From assembly GCA_963797095.1 (NCBI GenBank), contig CAWCNY010000006.1, forward strand, positions 512,001 through 576,000: DNA of 64,000 nt. The letters run 5' to 3'. The stretch's first letter is position 1, and each line of letters opens with the position of its first letter. Below, piece by piece: positions 61,140 to 64,000 of the stretch. The stretch comes from an uncultured Chloroflexia bacterium. Lineage in GTDB: Bacteria; Chloroflexota; Chloroflexia; QHBQ01; JADMIH01. The position numbers and the translations under genes were made by a program. The notes below the pieces were generated by a model. That model made no database searches and was not told where the DNA came from. It was given only the letters and a program-made list of their open reading frames with translations.

Positions 61140-64000
61140 TCAGATCGCTTTCTCAGGGTGTTTTTGTTGATACAGCATACGGCTTAATTGCAGCACACCG
61201 CAAGATAGCCAGAAGATCAAGGCCAGGTCCATCAAGAAGTATGAGTTGTCCACCAGGCCATGCACCAGGAAGGCCGTCATAGAAGCTATCAGGCCCACCA
61301 CAATCGCTCTCAGCACCGGGTCGGTTGCCCCCCGTTGTGCGCTCCGTCTGGCGAGCAAGATGGCCTCGCCGCAATAGCGCCACAGCAGCCACACCAGCAC
61401 AAACAGGCCTATTATACCCAATGAAAGCCACCAGTCCAACACAATATTGTGCGGGTGGGATGTGTATAACTCGTTCTCCTGCGAAGGGACAATGTAGAGC
61501 CATTGGCCGTATGGGTCTTTGGCCTGGAACTGGTTGAGAAACTGGTCGAGGCCGATGCCGAACACCGGGTGGTCTCGGCCCATCAGCAGGGCGCTGCGCC
61601 ATATATCGAGCCGCTTCACGCCGCTGGTCGGGCTGAATATGCGCCCCGGCAAGCTTGGGAAGAGGATCAATATTGCAATTGCCGCAACAACCCCCGCTAC
61701 CGCAACTCCTACCAGCCACCGCCGGAAGAAGGTTGTCACCCGGTCGAATATCCCGCCAAGCGGCCATCGCAGCCCGACGCTCACGCCTACCACCAGCGCC
61801 ACCACCACCGCGCCCCATGCCCCACGTGAATATGTAAGGAAAATCGTGGCAAAGAGTGGGAGGCAGGCCAGCCCGTAAAGGACCCGCCGCCAGCCCCACG
61901 GTATGAAGAGCGCCAGGCATGCAGCAAATGGCGATACCCGGTCGAGATAAAGCGCGAGATTGTTTGGATGCTCGTAAACACCCATCACGCGGCTCACCCC
62001 TTCGACATCCAGCGTGTTACCGGAGCCGAAATACTGCCACAACCCCACAAACGAAACGAACACTCCCGCTGCCACAAAGAAATCGAGCACGCGCAAGAGC
62101 GCCCGCCTGGTGGTTATTATATCCGTGAGCAGGAAGTAAAAGAGCACAGGCTCAATGATCTCCCACCTGTATGCGCGAGCGCTGTCTGGGGCGAATTGCT
62201 GGTTGGCTAGGGTCAGCAGGGAAAAAGCCCCCAGGACCAGCAGCACCACCGCAGGGAAGGCAAAAGCATCCTGGCGCACCCACTTTCGGAAGCCCGATTG
62301 TTCGTGATAAGTGGTATGTGATACGTGGTCCTCAATCTCAACTGTACGGGTAAGCGGTGGCCTCTTCTTTATCATATTTCGCCCGTTGTTGTTCTCAGGC
62401 CAGTTGACGGCGATAGGCTTCGCCAGTTCACCTATCAGCTTTTTGGGGCGTGCGGGCCAGTGGGCTGGCTGCAACTCGCTCTCGGTCATCTCCAGGTCAG
62501 GCGGAGCCGGATTGCCAAGGACTGGCAGCGGCTTGGTGGCTTTCGCGTCCTGCCTGGCTTCGGCAGGCACAGTTGGCGCGACCTGTACATCTGTGGCGGG
62601 TATCGCGGCGTTCTGTCGTGCCGGACTCACTGTCACTCGCGCCCACACGTTTGGAAACATGAAAGCTATCGAGCGTCGGGCTACCAGGGCGGCAAAGGCC
62701 AGCAGCAGCAGCGTTTCGGCGCTTGGGAAGTGCAGGCTGCCATATTCTTTGGGATACCAGAAGAAAGGGATAGCGACGGCCACCAGGGCCAGCGCAACCT
62801 CCGGTTTGAACACAGCTATCGCCAGGTAGCCCGCCAGTGCCACCCCTATCAGGGGCAGGCTCTCGGCCTTGTAATAGACGAGAAACAGCCCGACCATCCC
62901 CACCACAGCCGCCCCGTTACGCGCCAACTCCCTCACCTGTGGGCTGTACCTGCCCCTCGGCATATCGAGTGCCGCCTGCGCCCACGCCGCTGCGCCCGTG
63001 CCCAAATAGGCGAAAGAGGCCAGCGCCAGCAACCCGAACACGCCATAGAATAAAATGAACCCCATCGTGTTCAGGAATGGCCTATCCTGCGGTGTGGGCG
63101 CGCCGGGCACTACTTTGCTGTAATCCTGCAAAGCATAATAGGCGGAGCGCGGGGTGAAATCCTGGCGCAATATAGAGAAATAGGTGGCAGGCTCAAGCGG
63201 ATCGGCGTCGGGGTTGCGCAAGTTCCAGACGAACATCACCCCCATCCAGGGCCATTCGTCGCGGGCGCGCTCGTATCCTTCCACAAGGTAACGCCCCTGC
63301 GTCTCCTCGTCCACGCTATGGCCCCAGATGTTCTTGGCCTGGAATGCGTTCCATTCCTCAGGCGAAAGATTAAGCTGCTGGTGAAGGTCGGGCGGATAGC
63401 TGATCCACGCGTATTCGCTGATCCAGACCGGCTTGTTGACATCCCCGTTCTTGACCATCACGTCATGCAGCAGCACCGAACGCGAGAACGACAGCCGCTT
63501 AAAATCCATGCGCCTGTCATCGGGGGGCTGCCCCAATCCGTACAGCATAGTTGACATAACGTCAAAGTACGGGGCCGCCCCGTCGCTGTACATATCTTCG
63601 AGAAACAGGATATCGTTTCTGTTGGCCGCCGAATCTTCCGTCGTAGGCGCGAGAGCCGCGCTGATGATTACCGCGCCGGGATCGACTTCCTTGATCCTGT
63701 CGTGAGCCACCTTCAAGAGCGCCACATACTGCTCGGCGTTCACAGGGTGGCCGCCCCACTCGCCGTACAGGTTAGGCTCGTTCCATATCTGGTAATACTT
63801 GATCTTCCCCTTGTACCGCGACGCCACCGCAGCCGCGAAATCCCCGAAATCGCTGTTGTTGTCGGGTGGACCTTTCCGGAACTGCTCCAGGTCGTCGCCG
63901 GGCATGCGCGCCCAATTCGGCGGACTATCGAGGCGGGCCATGATCGTCATTCCGTGTGCCACCGCCTGGTCCACAATAAAATCGTACTTGTCCCACGAAC
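61140..64000 (-). CDS. Fusion of GH-A clan glycoside hydrolase (GH5/GH39-like) and O-antigen ligase domain; 5' end beyond window
   Basis: QIWNEPN and PVWISEY catalytic motifs; C-terminal YEHPNN, TYSRGAW, RLDIW..HPVFGIG, HPHN; frame open to 64000. Confidence 0.82.
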   Translation of the reverse strand, partial: SWDKYDFIVDQAVAHGMTIMARLDSPPNWARMPGDDLEQFRKGPPDNNSDFGDFAAAVASRYKGKIKYYQIWNEPNLYGEWGGHPVNAEQYVALLKVAHDRIKEVDPGAVIISAALAPTTEDSAANRNDILFLEDMYSDGAAPYFDVMSTMLYGLGQPPDDRRMDFKRLSFSRSVLLHDVMVKNGDVNKPVWISEYAWISYPPDLHQQLNLSPEEWNAFQAKNIWGHSVDEETQGRYLVEGYERARDEWPWMGVMFVWNLRNPDADPLEPATYFSILRQDFTPRSAYYALQDYSKVVPGAPTPQDRPFLNTMGFILFYGVFGLLALASFAYLGTGAAAWAQAALDMPRGRYSPQVRELARNGAAVVGMVGLFLVYYKAESLPLIGVALAGYLAIAVFKPEVALALVAVAIPFFWYPKEYGSLHFPSAETLLLLAFAALVARRSIAFMFPNVWARVTVSPARQNAAIPATDVQVAPTVPAEARQDAKATKPLPVLGNPAPPDLEMTESELQPAHWPARPKKLIGELAKPIAVNWPENNNGRNMIKKRPPLTRTVEIEDHVSHTTYHEQSGFRKWVRQDAFAFPAVVLLVLGAFSLLTLANQQFAPDSARAYRWEIIEPVLFYFLLTDIITTRRALLRVLDFFVAAGVFVSFVGLWQYFGSGNTLDVEGVSRVMGVYEHPNNLALYLDRVSPFAACLALFIPWGWRRVLYGLACLPLFATIFLTYSRGAWGAVVVALVVGVSVGLRWPLGGIFDRVTTFFRRWLVGVAVAGVVAAIAILILFPSLPGRIFSPTSGVKRLDIWRSALLMGRDHPVFGIGLDQFLNQFQAKDPYGQWLYIVPSQENELYTSHPHNIVLDWWLSLGIIGLFVLVWLLWRYCGEAILLARRSAQRGATDPVLRAIVVGLIASMTAFLVHGLVDNSYFLMDLALIFWLSCGVLQLSRMLYQQKHPEKAI

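Overview
Bacterial chromosomal window, most consistent with Chloroflexota (inferred from YFxxTGH-type surface repeats, NusA architecture, HspR/HAIR, a Gram-positive-type LexA box, and GT-C/O-antigen-ligase-like genes without LPS genes). Housekeeping content: priA-def, a nusA-ylxR-infB-rbfA-nrnA-truB-(orphan)-ribF operon, guaB, and a DnaJ/CbpA-HspR-ClpC heat-shock cluster. It also holds an ArsA/Get3-like ATPase with a small partner and an alternative sigma-70, transporters (2 MFS, Cax, ABC-2), envelope proteins (LysM x2, M23, PQQ propeller, lactonase-like), a VapBC-like TA pair, and a surface-glycan cluster at ~50-64 kb with an embedded ECF sigma/anti-sigma pair. No rRNA, tRNA, CRISPR array or intact transposase was seen. 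Most notable: a perfect 17-bp palindrome that reads as two back-to-back sigma-54 promoters; a LexA-boxed Rad52/Sak-like plus HTH operon; an ArsA-alpha-crystallin partner ending in an sHSP-type IxV tail; a transposase-C-terminal-like domain fused to NusA; a 65-bp dispersed inverted repeat; pervasive heptamer hairpin arrays; a 39%-Asp microprotein; and a glycoside hydrolase/O-antigen-ligase fusion. Three genes carry single-base disruptions (two frameshifts, one amber) that may be assembly errors. All family assignments are by eye; no searches were run.
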